Source: Bacteroidia bacterium | GTDB taxonomy: Bacteria; Bacteroidota; Bacteroidia; Bacteroidales; F082 | DNA: 64,000 nucleotides | Assembly (NCBI GenBank): GCA_021287165.1 | Contig: JAJTAY010000037.1 | Coordinates: 38,211-102,210 of the forward strand | Direction of reading: 5' to 3' | Part shown: piece by piece, positions 17,261 to 27,821 of the stretch | How the letters are laid out: the number at the start of each line of letters is the position of its first letter | Numbering within the stretch: the first letter of the stretch is position 1 | Notes under the pieces: generated by a model | What the model was told of the DNA's origin: nothing | Databases searched by the model: none | The model's input: the letters and a program-made list of their open reading frames with translations, nothing else | Program-made: the position numbers and the translations under genes

Positions 17261-19582
17261 ATGCCGACAAGGATTTTCGCAACGATTCTATTTTCGATAT
17301 TGCTCGGTTCATCAGTACTGGCTCAGGATGCCTCGATCCGTGGATTTGTCTATGAAGCCAAGACCGGCGAACCGGTGGTTTTTTCCAACGTTTACCTCGA
17401 GAAAACCACTTATGGGGCTTCCACAGATGTTAACGGCTACTTCAACATTACCCGTATTCCTCCAGGACAATACACCCTGCTGGTAACCTATCTTGGCTAC
17501 GATACCATTCGCGAACAGATTATCCTCCGCAAAGGCGATGTGATCAACAAAAGGTTTAATATGACCGAGTCGGCCGTCAGTCTGGGGACAGTTTATGTGA
17601 GCGCCGAGCGTATTGAAGCGGTAACAGAGACCAAAACGTCGGTGATTAACCTCACGCCTAAAACGCTGAAAAGACTCCCGTCCATAGGCGGTCAGGCCGA
17701 CCTTGCCCAGTACATGCAGGTAATTCCCGGTGTAGTGTTTACGGGCGATCAGGGCGGTCAGCTCTATATTCGCGGCGGTTCACCTATTCAGAATAAGGTG
17801 TTGCTCGATGGGATGATCGTTTACAATCCCTTCCACTCCATTGGTCTTTTCTCGGTTTTTGATACTGACATCATTCGCAATGCCGAGGTGTTTACCGGAG
17901 GTTTTTCGGCCGACTATGGCGGACGTATAAGCTCGGTGATGGACATCACAACCCGCGATGGCAACCGTAACCGTCTTGCAGGTAAGCTAAGCGCCAGCAC
18001 CTTTGGCTCGCGTCTTCTGCTCGAAGGTCCCATCACCAAAGCCAAAACCAACGAATCGACAAGTTCATCTTTCCTGTTTACTGTTAAGAACTCCTACCTT
18101 GGCCAGACGAGTAAAAGCATTTACAGCTACATCGATCCCAACGGCCTGCCGTTCAACTTTCTGGATATTTACGGCAAAGCTTCCATCAACGCCGCCAATG
18201 GCAGCAAGATCAATTTCTTCGGCTTTAGCTTCAACGATGATGTGAAGAACTATAAAGCCTTGTCCGATTTTGGCTGGAAATCCTTTGGCGGCGGCTCCGA
18301 TTTTCTGATTATTCCCGGAAAATCACCCGTACTCATTGAGGGCAATCTGGCCTATTCGGCCTACGATGCCCGCTTTGTTGAACAGTCGGCCCCAGAGCGC
18401 TCCAGCTCGATCGACGGTTTCAATATGGGATTTCATTTTACTTATTTTCTCGGTAAAGACCTTATAAAGTATGGTGTTGAAATTCTCGGATTTAAAACCG
18501 AATTCAATTTCACCAATGGCGTTGGCCGCCTGATTCAGCAGATCGAAAATACCACCGAGCTTGCCGGCTATGTACGCTACAAAGGCAACTTCGGCAAACT
18601 TATCTTTGAGCCCAGCCTGCGTATGCACTGGTATGCCTCGCTGGCCAACATTTCGCCTGAGCCACGCCTGGCAGCCAAATACCTTGTTAACGACCATATC
18701 CGACTGAAGATGGCCGCCGGTCGTTATTCGCAAAACCTCATTGCTGCCAACAGCGACCGCGACGTTGTCAATCTTTTCTATGGTTTCCTGTCAGGTCCCG
18801 ACAACCTCCCCAAAAAATTTGATGGCCGGGAGGTCACCACCAAGTTGCAGAAAGCAGACCATATAATAATAGGTATGGAGACTGACCTGAGCCGCAGATT
18901 GAACATGAACCTCGAAGGCTATCTGAAGAACTTCGGTCAGCTGACAAACCTCAATCGCAACAAGCTTTACGACGAAGCTACAGCACCTTTCACCGTGCCG
19001 GATATCCAAAAGAAAGATTTTATCATTGAAAAAGGTATGGCCTACGGCGCCGACCTTGCATTAAAATATGAAACGCCGAAGATTTACGTCTGGGCGGTTT
19101 ATTCACTCGGCTTTGTCACCAAAACATTTGAAGAACGTCCGGGTCAACTTTATACCTACAGGCCGCACTACGACCGCCGACACAACACAAATCTTGTTTT
19201 CAGCTATACTGCTGGTAATAAAAAAGAATGGGAGATTGGTGCCCGCTGGAACTTTGGCAGTGGCTTCCCATTCACTCAGGTGCAGGGCTTTTATGAATAC
19301 CTGCCATTCACCGGAGGCATCAACGACGATTATATCCGTCGCAACGGCCAGCTGGGCATTATTTACGCAGAGCTCAACAAAGGTCAGTTGCCTACCTATC
19401 ACCGCCTCGATTTTGACGCCAAGCGTCGTTTCTATTTCAGCGAAAACACCGAACTGGAGATCAATCTGAGCGTTACGAATGTTTACAACAGAAAGAACGT
19501 TTTCTATGTTGACCAGATCACCAATCAGGTAGTACGCCAGCTTCCGCTCATGCCCAGCCTCGGTATGACGCTGAGCTTTTGA
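17261..19582 (+). CDS. TonB-dependent receptor with N-terminal carboxypeptidase-regulatory-like domain
   Basis: 773 aa with a signal peptide. CarboxypepD_reg-like IRGFVYEAKTGEPVVFSNVYL...GYFNITRIPPGQYTLLVTYLGYD. Plug region GGQLYIRGGSPIQNKVLLDGMIVYNP. Terminal strand ...GMTLSF. Confidence 0.85.
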   Translation: MPTRIFATILFSILLGSSVLAQDASIRGFVYEAKTGEPVVFSNVYLEKTTYGASTDVNGYFNITRIPPGQYTLLVTYLGYDTIREQIILRKGDVINKRFNMTESAVSLGTVYVSAERIEAVTETKTSVINLTPKTLKRLPSIGGQADLAQYMQVIPGVVFTGDQGGQLYIRGGSPIQNKVLLDGMIVYNPFHSIGLFSVFDTDIIRNAEVFTGGFSADYGGRISSVMDITTRDGNRNRLAGKLSASTFGSRLLLEGPITKAKTNESTSSSFLFTVKNSYLGQTSKSIYSYIDPNGLPFNFLDIYGKASINAANGSKINFFGFSFNDDVKNYKALSDFGWKSFGGGSDFLIIPGKSPVLIEGNLAYSAYDARFVEQSAPERSSSIDGFNMGFHFTYFLGKDLIKYGVEILGFKTEFNFTNGVGRLIQQIENTTELAGYVRYKGNFGKLIFEPSLRMHWYASLANISPEPRLAAKYLVNDHIRLKMAAGRYSQNLIAANSDRDVVNLFYGFLSGPDNLPKKFDGREVTTKLQKADHIIIGMETDLSRRLNMNLEGYLKNFGQLTNLNRNKLYDEATAPFTVPDIQKKDFIIEKGMAYGADLALKYETPKIYVWAVYSLGFVTKTFEERPGQLYTYRPHYDRRHNTNLVFSYTAGNKKEWEIGARWNFGSGFPFTQVQGFYEYLPFTGGINDDYIRRNGQLGIIYAELNKGQLPTYHRLDFDAKRRFYFSENTELEINLSVTNVYNRKNVFYVDQITNQVVRQLPLMPSLGMTLSF

Positions 19583-19605
19583 AAAAGGACCAAAAACCGA
19601 TCGAT

Positions 19606-21720
19606 ATGAAATACCCGTTTTATGTTGCCATTCTCTTGCTTTTTGTTGCAGGAGGATGCAAGCAAAGCAAAGAAACTATGAAACCACCCGTTGCCAAACA
19701 GGAACCTAAAGAACTCACCATCCACGGACAAACGCGCATCGACCCCTATTACTGGCTCAACGAGCGCGATTCGGCCGATGTGATTGCCTATCTGGAAGCC
19801 GAAAACGCTTACACCGATCAGGTGATGAAGCCCACCGAGGCCTTGCAGCAAAAACTTTTCGACGAAATGATGGGCCGCATTCAGCAAACCGATATGAGTG
19901 TTCCGGTAAAGCTCAACGGCTATGTTTATTACACCCGTTTTGAGGAAGGCAAGGAGTATCCTGTTTACTGTCGCAAAATCGACACTGAGGTCGGTGCCGA
20001 AGAGGTGATGCTCGACGGCAACAAAATGGCCGAGGGCAAAGCCTTTTTTCAGATTGGTGGCTGGCAGGTGAGCAACGACAACAATCTGCTGGCTTTCAGC
20101 GTGGACACGGTGAGCCGCCGGCAATACACACTCTACATCAAGAACCTTAAAACTGGTGAAGTTTATGCCGATGCCATTCCCAACACTTCGGGCAATATGG
20201 CATGGAGCAACGACAATAAAACCCTGTATTACAGCATCAAAGACGAAACACTGCGTTCGTATAAAATCATGAAGCATAAGCTCGGTGAATCAGCCGAGGG
20301 GGATGCGTTGGTTTTCCATGAAACCGATCCAACTTTTAATGTGTTCGTTTTCAAGACCAAATCGCGCGACTATGTGGTGATAGGCTCCGAGAGTACAGTT
20401 TCGTCGGAATACCGCTACCAGGCCGCCGCCGACCCTGACAAAGAGTTCAAGGTTATTCAGCCACGCCGCCGCGATCTGCTTTATAGCATTGATCATTACG
20501 GCGATCACTTCTATATCCGTACCAATCTGGATGCCCGTAACTTCCGGCTGATGCGCACTCCGGTGACCAAAACAGGTATCGAAAACTGGCAGGAAGTAAT
20601 CCCGCACCGCGAAGATGTATTATTCGAGGATTTCGACATTTTCAAGAATTATCTGGCAGTTGTTGAACGAAAGAATGGGCTGAACAACATCAGAATTATG
20701 GGTTGGAATAATGGCGAAGACTATTATATCCAGTTCGACGAACCGGCATGGCTGGCCTATCTGAGCACGAATATGGAGTTCGATACCGACAAGCTGCGCT
20801 ATAGCTATATGTCGCTCGTTACCCCCAACACGGTCTATGAATATGATATGAAAACCCGAGAACGGGAATTGCTCAAGCAGCAGGAGGTACTTGGCGGTTA
20901 CAACCCCGACGAGTATGCCTCGGAGCGTTTTTTCATTCCTTCGCACGACGGAGTGATGGTTCCTGTTTCGTTGGTTTACAAAAAGTCGCTGTTCAGGCAC
21001 GATGGCAGCAACCCTTTGGTGCTTTACGGTTATGGCTCATATGGCGCCAGCATGGACACTTATTTCAGCTCATCGCGCATCAGCCTGCTTGATCGGGGGT
21101 TTGTTTGGGCAATAGCGCATATCCGTGGTGGTCAGGAAATGGGCCGGCATTGGTATGAAGACGGCAAACTGCTCAAAAAGAAGAATACTTTTCTCGATTT
21201 TATCGCCGCTGGCGAGTATCTGGTCAGTAAAAAGTACACCTCATCAGCGAGGATGTTTGCCATGGGTGGCAGTGCGGGTGGCCTGCTCGTAGGTGCCGTG
21301 ATGAATATGAAACCTCACCTCTGGAAAGGTGTTATTGCACAGGTGCCGTTTGTCGATGTGGTAACAACCATGCTTGATGAATCCATACCGCTAACCACCG
21401 GCGAGTACGACGAATGGGGCAACCCCAACGACCCGGTTTATTATGAATACATGCTTTCGTATTCGCCTTACGACAACGTAGAGGCCAAAGCTTATCCGGC
21501 ACTTCTGGTCACAACCGGCTATCACGACAGCCAGGTACAATATTGGGAACCCGCTAAATGGGTAGCCAAACTCCGTGCTATGAAAACCGACAACAATACC
21601 CTGCTGCTAAAAACCGAGATGGAATTCGGTCACGGTGGGGCCTCAGGGCGTTTTCAGGCACTAAAAGAACAGGCCCTGGTATTCGCCTTCATGCTCAACG
21701 AACTGGGAATCAAGAATTAA
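19606..21720 (+). CDS. ptrB: S9 family serine peptidase, oligopeptidase B-like
   Basis: Beta-propeller N-terminal half. Catalytic serine motif MGGSAGGLL. C-terminal HG of the triad region (EMEFGHGG). The ATG at 19606 gives a lipoprotein-type leader (VAILLLFVAGGC). The track start at 19579 is a TTG overlapping the upstream stop. Confidence 0.85.
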   Translation: MKYPFYVAILLLFVAGGCKQSKETMKPPVAKQEPKELTIHGQTRIDPYYWLNERDSADVIAYLEAENAYTDQVMKPTEALQQKLFDEMMGRIQQTDMSVPVKLNGYVYYTRFEEGKEYPVYCRKIDTEVGAEEVMLDGNKMAEGKAFFQIGGWQVSNDNNLLAFSVDTVSRRQYTLYIKNLKTGEVYADAIPNTSGNMAWSNDNKTLYYSIKDETLRSYKIMKHKLGESAEGDALVFHETDPTFNVFVFKTKSRDYVVIGSESTVSSEYRYQAAADPDKEFKVIQPRRRDLLYSIDHYGDHFYIRTNLDARNFRLMRTPVTKTGIENWQEVIPHREDVLFEDFDIFKNYLAVVERKNGLNNIRIMGWNNGEDYYIQFDEPAWLAYLSTNMEFDTDKLRYSYMSLVTPNTVYEYDMKTRERELLKQQEVLGGYNPDEYASERFFIPSHDGVMVPVSLVYKKSLFRHDGSNPLVLYGYGSYGASMDTYFSSSRISLLDRGFVWAIAHIRGGQEMGRHWYEDGKLLKKKNTFLDFIAAGEYLVSKKYTSSARMFAMGGSAGGLLVGAVMNMKPHLWKGVIAQVPFVDVVTTMLDESIPLTTGEYDEWGNPNDPVYYEYMLSYSPYDNVEAKAYPALLVTTGYHDSQVQYWEPAKWVAKLRAMKTDNNTLLLKTEMEFGHGGASGRFQALKEQALVFAFMLNELGIKN

Positions 21721-21742
21721 CCCTGACATCCTGAGGTCTGTC

Positions 21743-22171
21743 ATGGAAAAGCATATTGATTTTGCTACGCTCGACATGGCCAAACTGAATGCCATGAACA
21801 AAGGAACGTTGATGGAGCAGCTTGGCATTGAATATCTCGAAGTGGGTGAGGGATATCTGAAAGCCCGAATGCCGGTAGATGAACGCACTTTTCAGCCCAA
21901 CAGGCTATTGCACGGCGGAGCAAGCCTTGCTCTGGCCGAAACGGTGGGCAGCTTTGGCTCGGCCCTGATGGTGGACATGGAAAAATATGAGGTGCGCGGA
22001 GCGCAAATCAGCGGCAACCATCTCAGGGCAGTTCGTCAGGGCTGGGTCTATGCCGTTGCGCGTCTTATTCACCGTGGCCGCAATACCCATGTTTGGAACA
22101 TCGACATCACCGACGAGCAGGACAAAATGGTGTCAACATGCCGGTTGACCAACTTCGTAATTTCGAAATAG
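21743..22171 (+). CDS. PaaI/YdiI-type hotdog thioesterase, probable 1,4-dihydroxy-2-naphthoyl-CoA hydrolase
   Basis: 142 aa. Motif LLHGGASLALAETVGS. Lies directly upstream of menF (9-nt gap). The function is inferred from context. Confidence 0.7.
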   Translation: MEKHIDFATLDMAKLNAMNKGTLMEQLGIEYLEVGEGYLKARMPVDERTFQPNRLLHGGASLALAETVGSFGSALMVDMEKYEVRGAQISGNHLRAVRQGWVYAVARLIHRGRNTHVWNIDITDEQDKMVSTCRLTNFVISK

Positions 22172-22180
22172 CAACACTCG

Positions 22181-23212
22181 TTGGATACCATTGAGCGTAT
22201 AAGCTTTTTGCTCGATCAGGAGAAACCTTTTGCCGTCTGGCGCATGCCTCATGGCGACCAGATCAATTGGATGGAAGGAGGCCTGAAAGTTTTTCAGCCG
22301 GAGCTGGATATCAATGGTTTTGTGTTACATCCCTTTGATGCCTCGTTAGATAGTCCCCTCATTATTACTGCGGAAGGTCAAGCAAGCGAGCCACTGAGTA
22401 TTCCCGGCGGAGATGCTGCCACTTCTCAGTACGTGGTTGACTACGAGCAATATATTTCTCAGGTGAATCGTGCCGTAGAGGCGATAAATACCGGAAAGCT
22501 GAAAAAAATTGTGCTTTCGCGCATCATTGAGAAAACGGGGCTCAGCAACCAGCAGGCTGGACAGGCTTTTTTTGGACTGTGCCAAAGCTTACCGGATGCA
22601 TTCGTGTATCTCTTTTCGGCAGGCGCTCACACCCGCTGGATGGGGGCAAGCCCTGAAACTTTGGTCAGCTTCGATGGAAACAGGGCTTTCACCATGTCGC
22701 TGGCCGGAACATTGCCTGTTGATGGTAACCTGGAATGGTCGGACAAAGAGCGTGTTGAACAACAAATAGTTACAGATTACATCGTTGAAAACCTAAAAGG
22801 AGCAGGTGCTTTGCAAGTGGTTGCAGGACAGCCTTTTGTAAGCAGAGCAGGTAAGTTGCTTCACCTTAAAACCGAGATACGCTTCCTTATTCCGGAAGGA
22901 CGAAACCGCTACGGTTTTGTATTGGCTCTGCATCCCACGCCTGCGGTGTGTGGCAGTCCGAAAGACGAAGCTATACAATTGATTCGCAGTCTGGAGCAGC
23001 ATCGCAGAGCCTATTACACCGGGTTTCTGGGACCATGGTCAACAAAAGGCGCTGCACATTTGTTTGTAAACCTGCGCTGCATGGCGTTTTCAATTCATCG
23101 CAGTCACATTTATGTGGGCGGAGGCATAACCGCCAAATCGGTGGCCGAACGCGAATGGGCCGAGACAAGTTGGAAAGCCGGAACACTTTCTTGGCTTTTT
23201 GACACCAAATGA
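22181..23212 (+). CDS. menF: Isochorismate synthase
   Basis: 343 aa. Chorismate-binding signatures LHPTPAVCGSP, YTGFLGP, VGGGI. TTG start, with an in-frame TAG four codons upstream; the next ATG would remove the conserved PFAVWRMP region. Confidence 0.85.
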   Translation: MDTIERISFLLDQEKPFAVWRMPHGDQINWMEGGLKVFQPELDINGFVLHPFDASLDSPLIITAEGQASEPLSIPGGDAATSQYVVDYEQYISQVNRAVEAINTGKLKKIVLSRIIEKTGLSNQQAGQAFFGLCQSLPDAFVYLFSAGAHTRWMGASPETLVSFDGNRAFTMSLAGTLPVDGNLEWSDKERVEQQIVTDYIVENLKGAGALQVVAGQPFVSRAGKLLHLKTEIRFLIPEGRNRYGFVLALHPTPAVCGSPKDEAIQLIRSLEQHRRAYYTGFLGPWSTKGAAHLFVNLRCMAFSIHRSHIYVGGGITAKSVAEREWAETSWKAGTLSWLFDTK

Positions 23213-23225
23213 GCAACTTTGCATC

Positions 23226-24923
23226 ATGATTCATCCTAAAAGCGGGCTTTTGCAGCTTGCGGCCATGCTTACCCAACGTGGCATTCGCAAGCTTGTGGTT
23301 TCTCCTGGTTCGCGCAATGCGCCTGTTGTGAGTGTGCTTTGCAGACTTGCGGGCATGGAATGTTTTTCGGTGGTTGACGAGCGCAGCGCAGGTTTTTTTG
23401 CCCTGGGCATGGCTCAGCAAAGCGGTGAACCGGTAGCACTTAGCTGCACTTCAGGAACAGCTGTGCTCAACTATGGCCCTGCGGTAGCCGAAGCCTTTTA
23501 CCAGCGCATTCCACTACTGCTGCTCACCGCTGACCGACCGCCCGAGTGGGTGGATCAGGCCGACGGGCAAACCATTAGGCAAAACCGTGTTTTCGAACTG
23601 CATGTGCGTAAAAGCGTGAGCCTGCCGGCTGAAGTGAACACCATGGATGATCTTTGGCATGCCGGACGCCTTTGCTCAGAAGCCCTCAATGCCCTGAACT
23701 GGCCGGTGGCCGGGCCGGTGCACATCAACCTCCCGTTTCGCGAACCGCTCTACAACCTGCCCGAAACGTTGCCAACAGCCCCGAAAGACATCCGGATTGC
23801 AAAAGGAGCTTTTATGCCCGACCATAGCGAGTTGGAATTTCTCGCTGAAAAGTGGAACCTAAGCCGGCGAAAAATGGTGCTCGTAGGGCAAATGATGCCT
23901 GATGAAAAAATACAACCAGCACTCGACAAGCTTGCAGACGATCCTTCGGTTGTGGTACTCACCGAAACAACATCGAATGTGCATAACCCACGTTTTGTGA
24001 GTGTTATCGACCGCAGCCTGAGCCTGATGACAGATCCCTCCGACTATTACCCTGATATGCTGATCACTATTGGAGGTCAGGTGGTTTCCAAACGCATCAA
24101 GGCATTCCTGAGGAAGGCCGAAAGTTTGCAACACTGGCATATTGATCCGGCTGAAGTGCATCCCGATACCTACCAGCATCTCAGTCTAAGCATTCCTGCA
24201 CAACCTGCTGCCTTTTTACCGTTGTTAACAAATGTGGCAGTTCCCCAACAAAGCGGCTATACCGAACGTTGGCAAAAGCTCCAGCAGATGAGCCGGCAAC
24301 CTCACGAACATTACCTTTCGCGCTGCGGTTTTGCAGATTTAAAGGTTTTTGAATTGATCTTCAGGAATTTACCCGAAGATTATGATATTCAGCTTTCGAA
24401 CAGCACTCCTGTGCGTTATGCCCAATTGTTCGAACACCCTGAGGGTCGGCGGCAGTTTGCCAATCGCGGTACCAGCGGCATCGACGGCAATGTTTCCACA
24501 GCTGCAGGAGCTGCTTACGCCAGCCAGAAACCGACCCTGCTCATTACCGGCGACCTGGCATTTTTCTATGATACCAACGGGCTCTGGCACAAACACATAT
24601 CGCCAAAACTAAGAGTCATCGTAGTGCATAATGGTGGAGGCGGCATCTTTCGTTTTATTGACGGGCCTTCCGACAGCGGCTTGCTGGAACGTTTCTTTGA
24701 GGCCTCTCACCAGACTAGTGTTGGCGGTATTGCCCAGACCTTCGGACTTGAATACTATTATGCAGATAATGAGCAAGACTTTGAAGGTCAACTTGCACAG
24801 TTTTTTGCCCCTGCCAATCGTCCTGCTATTTTTGAAGTGCGAACGCCTTCCGCCAAAAGCGCATCGATGCTTAAGTGCTATTTCAAATTCCTCACGGAAA
24901 ACAGGCCCGAATACGATGTCTGA
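23226..24923 (+). CDS. menD: 2-succinyl-5-enolpyruvyl-6-hydroxy-3-cyclohexene-1-carboxylate (SEPHCHC) synthase
   Basis: ThDP enzyme. Motifs [34 protein letters not shown] prefer the ATG at 23226 over the TTG at 23199, which overlaps the menF stop. Confidence 0.9.
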   Translation: MIHPKSGLLQLAAMLTQRGIRKLVVSPGSRNAPVVSVLCRLAGMECFSVVDERSAGFFALGMAQQSGEPVALSCTSGTAVLNYGPAVAEAFYQRIPLLLLTADRPPEWVDQADGQTIRQNRVFELHVRKSVSLPAEVNTMDDLWHAGRLCSEALNALNWPVAGPVHINLPFREPLYNLPETLPTAPKDIRIAKGAFMPDHSELEFLAEKWNLSRRKMVLVGQMMPDEKIQPALDKLADDPSVVVLTETTSNVHNPRFVSVIDRSLSLMTDPSDYYPDMLITIGGQVVSKRIKAFLRKAESLQHWHIDPAEVHPDTYQHLSLSIPAQPAAFLPLLTNVAVPQQSGYTERWQKLQQMSRQPHEHYLSRCGFADLKVFELIFRNLPEDYDIQLSNSTPVRYAQLFEHPEGRRQFANRGTSGIDGNVSTAAGAAYASQKPTLLITGDLAFFYDTNGLWHKHISPKLRVIVVHNGGGGIFRFIDGPSDSGLLERFFEASHQTSVGGIAQTFGLEYYYADNEQDFEGQLAQFFAPANRPAIFEVRTPSAKSASMLKCYFKFLTENRPEYDV

Positions 24924-24981
24924 TTGTAGGCCCCCATCACAAGCCGGTTAACTTCCATTTTCAGAAACCCTCTGCTTGTGC

Positions 24982-24989
24982 TAAATTTG
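24982..24989 (+). promoter_or_regulatory. -7 element TAAATTTG, possible internal promoter for menB-menA-menC-menE
   Basis: Exact TAnnTTTG match in the 119-nt menD-menB gap. Confidence 0.35.
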
Positions 24990-25042
24990 CACATCCGAAC
25001 CTTTTGGTACCGGCCGCGTTATTTGGACATAAAAACAAAGAT

Positions 25043-25867
25043 ATGACCCAGAAAAGAGACTGGAAAGCTATTAAAGCTTATAAGGACATCCTCTTCGAAA
25101 AGTGGAATCACATTGGCAAGATCACAATCAACCGCCCGGAGGTGCACAACGCTTTCAGGCCAACCACCGTATTCGAAATTGGGGACGCGCTGGATATTTG
25201 CCGTGAGGATCAGGATATTTATGTAATTGTGCTTACGGGTGCCGGAGATAAAGCTTTTTGCAGCGGAGGCGATCAGCAGGTGAAAGGCGATGGTGGCTAT
25301 ATCGACGAGCAGGGCATACCCAGGCTTAATGTACTCGAAGTACAAAAAAAAATACGGTCCATGCCTAAGCCGGTGGTAGCCATGGTGAATGGCTGGGCCG
25401 TGGGCGGAGGCCATGTGCTGCACGTGGTTTGCGACCTGACCATTGCTTCCGAAAACGCACGATTCGGACAGGTTGGTCCAAAGGTAGGCAGTTTCGATGC
25501 CGGCTTTGGCTCGTCCTATCTGGCGAGCATTGTTGGGCAGAAGAAAGCCCGCGAGATATGGTTTCTCAACCTTTTCTACAGTGCCGCCGAGGCTCTCGAA
25601 ATGGGTCTGGTGAACCGCGTTGTGCCGCTCGAACAGCTTGAAGACGCTACTGTGGAGTGGTGCGAGATAATGATGAAGCGCAGCCCTATCGCCCTGCGCA
25701 TGATCAAGCTTGGGCTCAACGCTGCCCTCGACGGTCAGGCCGGCTTGCAGGAGTTTGCCGGCAATGCTACATTGCTCTACTACCTCACCGAAGAAGCTCA
25801 GGAGGGCAAACGGGCTTTCCTCGAAAAGCGTGAACCTGATTTCCATCAATACCCCAAATTCCCCTGA
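25043..25867 (+). CDS. menB: 1,4-dihydroxy-2-naphthoyl-CoA synthase
   Basis: 274 aa from the ATG at 25043 ([13 protein letters not shown]...). Crotonase fold with FCSGGDQ and [14 protein letters not shown]. The track start at 24875 is an upstream extension. Confidence 0.95.
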   Translation: MTQKRDWKAIKAYKDILFEKWNHIGKITINRPEVHNAFRPTTVFEIGDALDICREDQDIYVIVLTGAGDKAFCSGGDQQVKGDGGYIDEQGIPRLNVLEVQKKIRSMPKPVVAMVNGWAVGGGHVLHVVCDLTIASENARFGQVGPKVGSFDAGFGSSYLASIVGQKKAREIWFLNLFYSAAEALEMGLVNRVVPLEQLEDATVEWCEIMMKRSPIALRMIKLGLNAALDGQAGLQEFAGNATLLYYLTEEAQEGKRAFLEKREPDFHQYPKFP

Positions 25868-25874
25868 TCGCGGG

Positions 25875-26777
25875 ATGGCAAAAGTTTCCGACTGGTTAAA
25901 AGCAGCACGTTTGCGCACTTTGCCTCTTGCCCTTGCAAGCATGGGCATGGGCGCCTTTGTTGCAGCGCGTGAGCCTGGCTTCAACCTGAATGCAGTGTTT
26001 GGAGCAGCCCTAACTACTGTTCTCCTGCAGGTGCTTTCGAACTTTGCCAACGACCTTGGCGATGCTTCCAAAGGCGCCGATAGCCGACAAAGAGTAGGGC
26101 CGGCGCGTATGGTGCAAAGCGGTGTAATAAGCCCGGGCCAAATGAAAACAGCAGTAGCCCTGATGGCTGTTGCAGCGCTTATGAGCGGATTCTGGCTGCT
26201 GTTCGGGCTTTCGCACCTCGACGACGCATCGGCATTCGGGATGTTGCTTTTAGGTATTGCCTCCATTGCTGCAGCCATAAAATACACTGTCGGAAGTCGC
26301 CCTTATGGATACCGCAGCCTCGGCGACCTCTTTGTTTTTATCTTTTTTGGCATCATCGGTGTTGCGGGCACTTATTTTTTAGTGCTCGACGGACAGTTTG
26401 ACCCGGCCATCTTGCTCTTGGCCTCAGCCGTAGGGCTTCACAGCACGGCTGTGCTCAACATCAACAATATGCGCGACATGGCCACCGACCGTTTCAGTGG
26501 CAAACGCACCCTCGTAGTGTTAATGGGTTATAACAATGCGCTGCTTTACCATATTTTTCTGGTAGTTACCCCATTTATCCTCATGGCCATTTTTAACCTT
26601 GTCAGGCTCCAGGGCGTCATTGTCTGGGTGTATCTGCTAATGATTCCTTTGTTTTTAAAAGACCTCAGGGGTATACTCAACTCTCCGGGCTACAGCGATT
26701 TAGATCCCTATCTGCGCAAGCAGGCCATCAAGACTTTTCTGTTAGTGCTTGTTTACGGACTAAGCATTCAGTTCTGA
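25875..26777 (+). CDS. menA: 1,4-dihydroxy-2-naphthoate polyprenyltransferase
   Basis: 300 aa from the ATG at 25875 (MAKVSDWLKAARLRTLPLA). UbiA-family motif NFANDLGDASKG. Multiple TM segments. The track start at 25710 lies inside menB. Confidence 0.9.
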   Translation: MAKVSDWLKAARLRTLPLALASMGMGAFVAAREPGFNLNAVFGAALTTVLLQVLSNFANDLGDASKGADSRQRVGPARMVQSGVISPGQMKTAVALMAVAALMSGFWLLFGLSHLDDASAFGMLLLGIASIAAAIKYTVGSRPYGYRSLGDLFVFIFFGIIGVAGTYFLVLDGQFDPAILLLASAVGLHSTAVLNINNMRDMATDRFSGKRTLVVLMGYNNALLYHIFLVVTPFILMAIFNLVRLQGVIVWVYLLMIPLFLKDLRGILNSPGYSDLDPYLRKQAIKTFLLVLVYGLSIQF

Positions 26778-27820
26778 TGTATAGTTTTCGGGCAAAGCCC
26801 TACACCTTGCATTTTCGTTTCGGGGCCGGTACTTCCCGGGGCGTTCTTACCCAAAAGCATGGTTGGCTGATCAAACTGACAGATCCTTCATCACCCGGGA
26901 GGTCGGGAATCGGTGAGTGCAGCCTGATCCCCGGACTTAGTCCCGACCTGCCGGAGGACATCGAAAGCCTGATCCGTGTTTTTGAGAAAGAAGGTATTGA
27001 GCCTCAAATGTTTATCAATAGCCATGCCGCGCAATTTCCGGCTATGGCTTTCGCCCTCGAAATGGCCCTTGCCAGCCTCGAACGATTAGGTAGCATGAAG
27101 CTGTTCCCGTCTCGTTTTACCGAAGGCCATATGGGAATCCCGATCAATGGTTTGGTGTGGATGGGCAGCATCGAAGAGATGAAAGCGCGGATAAGAGACA
27201 AAATCGAACAAGGATACCATACGATCAAGCTCAAAGTGGGCGCTTTAAATTTTGATGATGAGCTTGCGCTGATCAGGGAAATACGAGCGCACTATAGCCC
27301 AACGGACATCAGCCTGCGCCTGGATGCCAACGGAGCATTCGGCACGGACGAAGCCCTTGAAAAACTTGAACGACTTTCGCAATTTCATATCCACTCCATT
27401 GAGCAACCCATCAGGGCAGGGCAGCCCGAAGAGATGGCCCGGATCTGCTGTCACAACCCGATACCTGTGGCATTGGATGAAGAACTTATTGCAGTGCCTG
27501 ACGGCCAAATGCAAACGCTGCTCGAAAATATCCGACCGCAGTATATCATCCTAAAGCCCAGTCTTTTGGGTGGTTTGAAACGAAGCGCCCAATGGATCGA
27601 CCACGCCCAAAAGCTGGATATTGGCTGGTGGGTAACCTCGGCGCTTGAGTCGAATGTAGGTCTTAGTGCCATATCCCAATGGACAGCCACGTTGAACAAT
27701 CCGCTACCCCAGGGCCTCGGAACAGGTCAGCTTTACAACAATAATTTTAAAAGTCCTCTGCACATACGTGAGGCACAGCTGTGGCACGATCCCCAGATCC
27801 ATTGGGAAATTCCTTTTTGA
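26777..27820 (+). CDS. menC: o-succinylbenzoate synthase (enolase superfamily)
   Basis: 347 aa. Motifs IKLKVG, LRLDANGAF, IEQP, ALDEEL. The start overlaps the menA stop (TGATG). Confidence 0.85.
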   Translation: MYSFRAKPYTLHFRFGAGTSRGVLTQKHGWLIKLTDPSSPGRSGIGECSLIPGLSPDLPEDIESLIRVFEKEGIEPQMFINSHAAQFPAMAFALEMALASLERLGSMKLFPSRFTEGHMGIPINGLVWMGSIEEMKARIRDKIEQGYHTIKLKVGALNFDDELALIREIRAHYSPTDISLRLDANGAFGTDEALEKLERLSQFHIHSIEQPIRAGQPEEMARICCHNPIPVALDEELIAVPDGQMQTLLENIRPQYIILKPSLLGGLKRSAQWIDHAQKLDIGWWVTSALESNVGLSAISQWTATLNNPLPQGLGTGQLYNNNFKSPLHIREAQLWHDPQIHWEIPF

Positions 27821-27821
27821 G

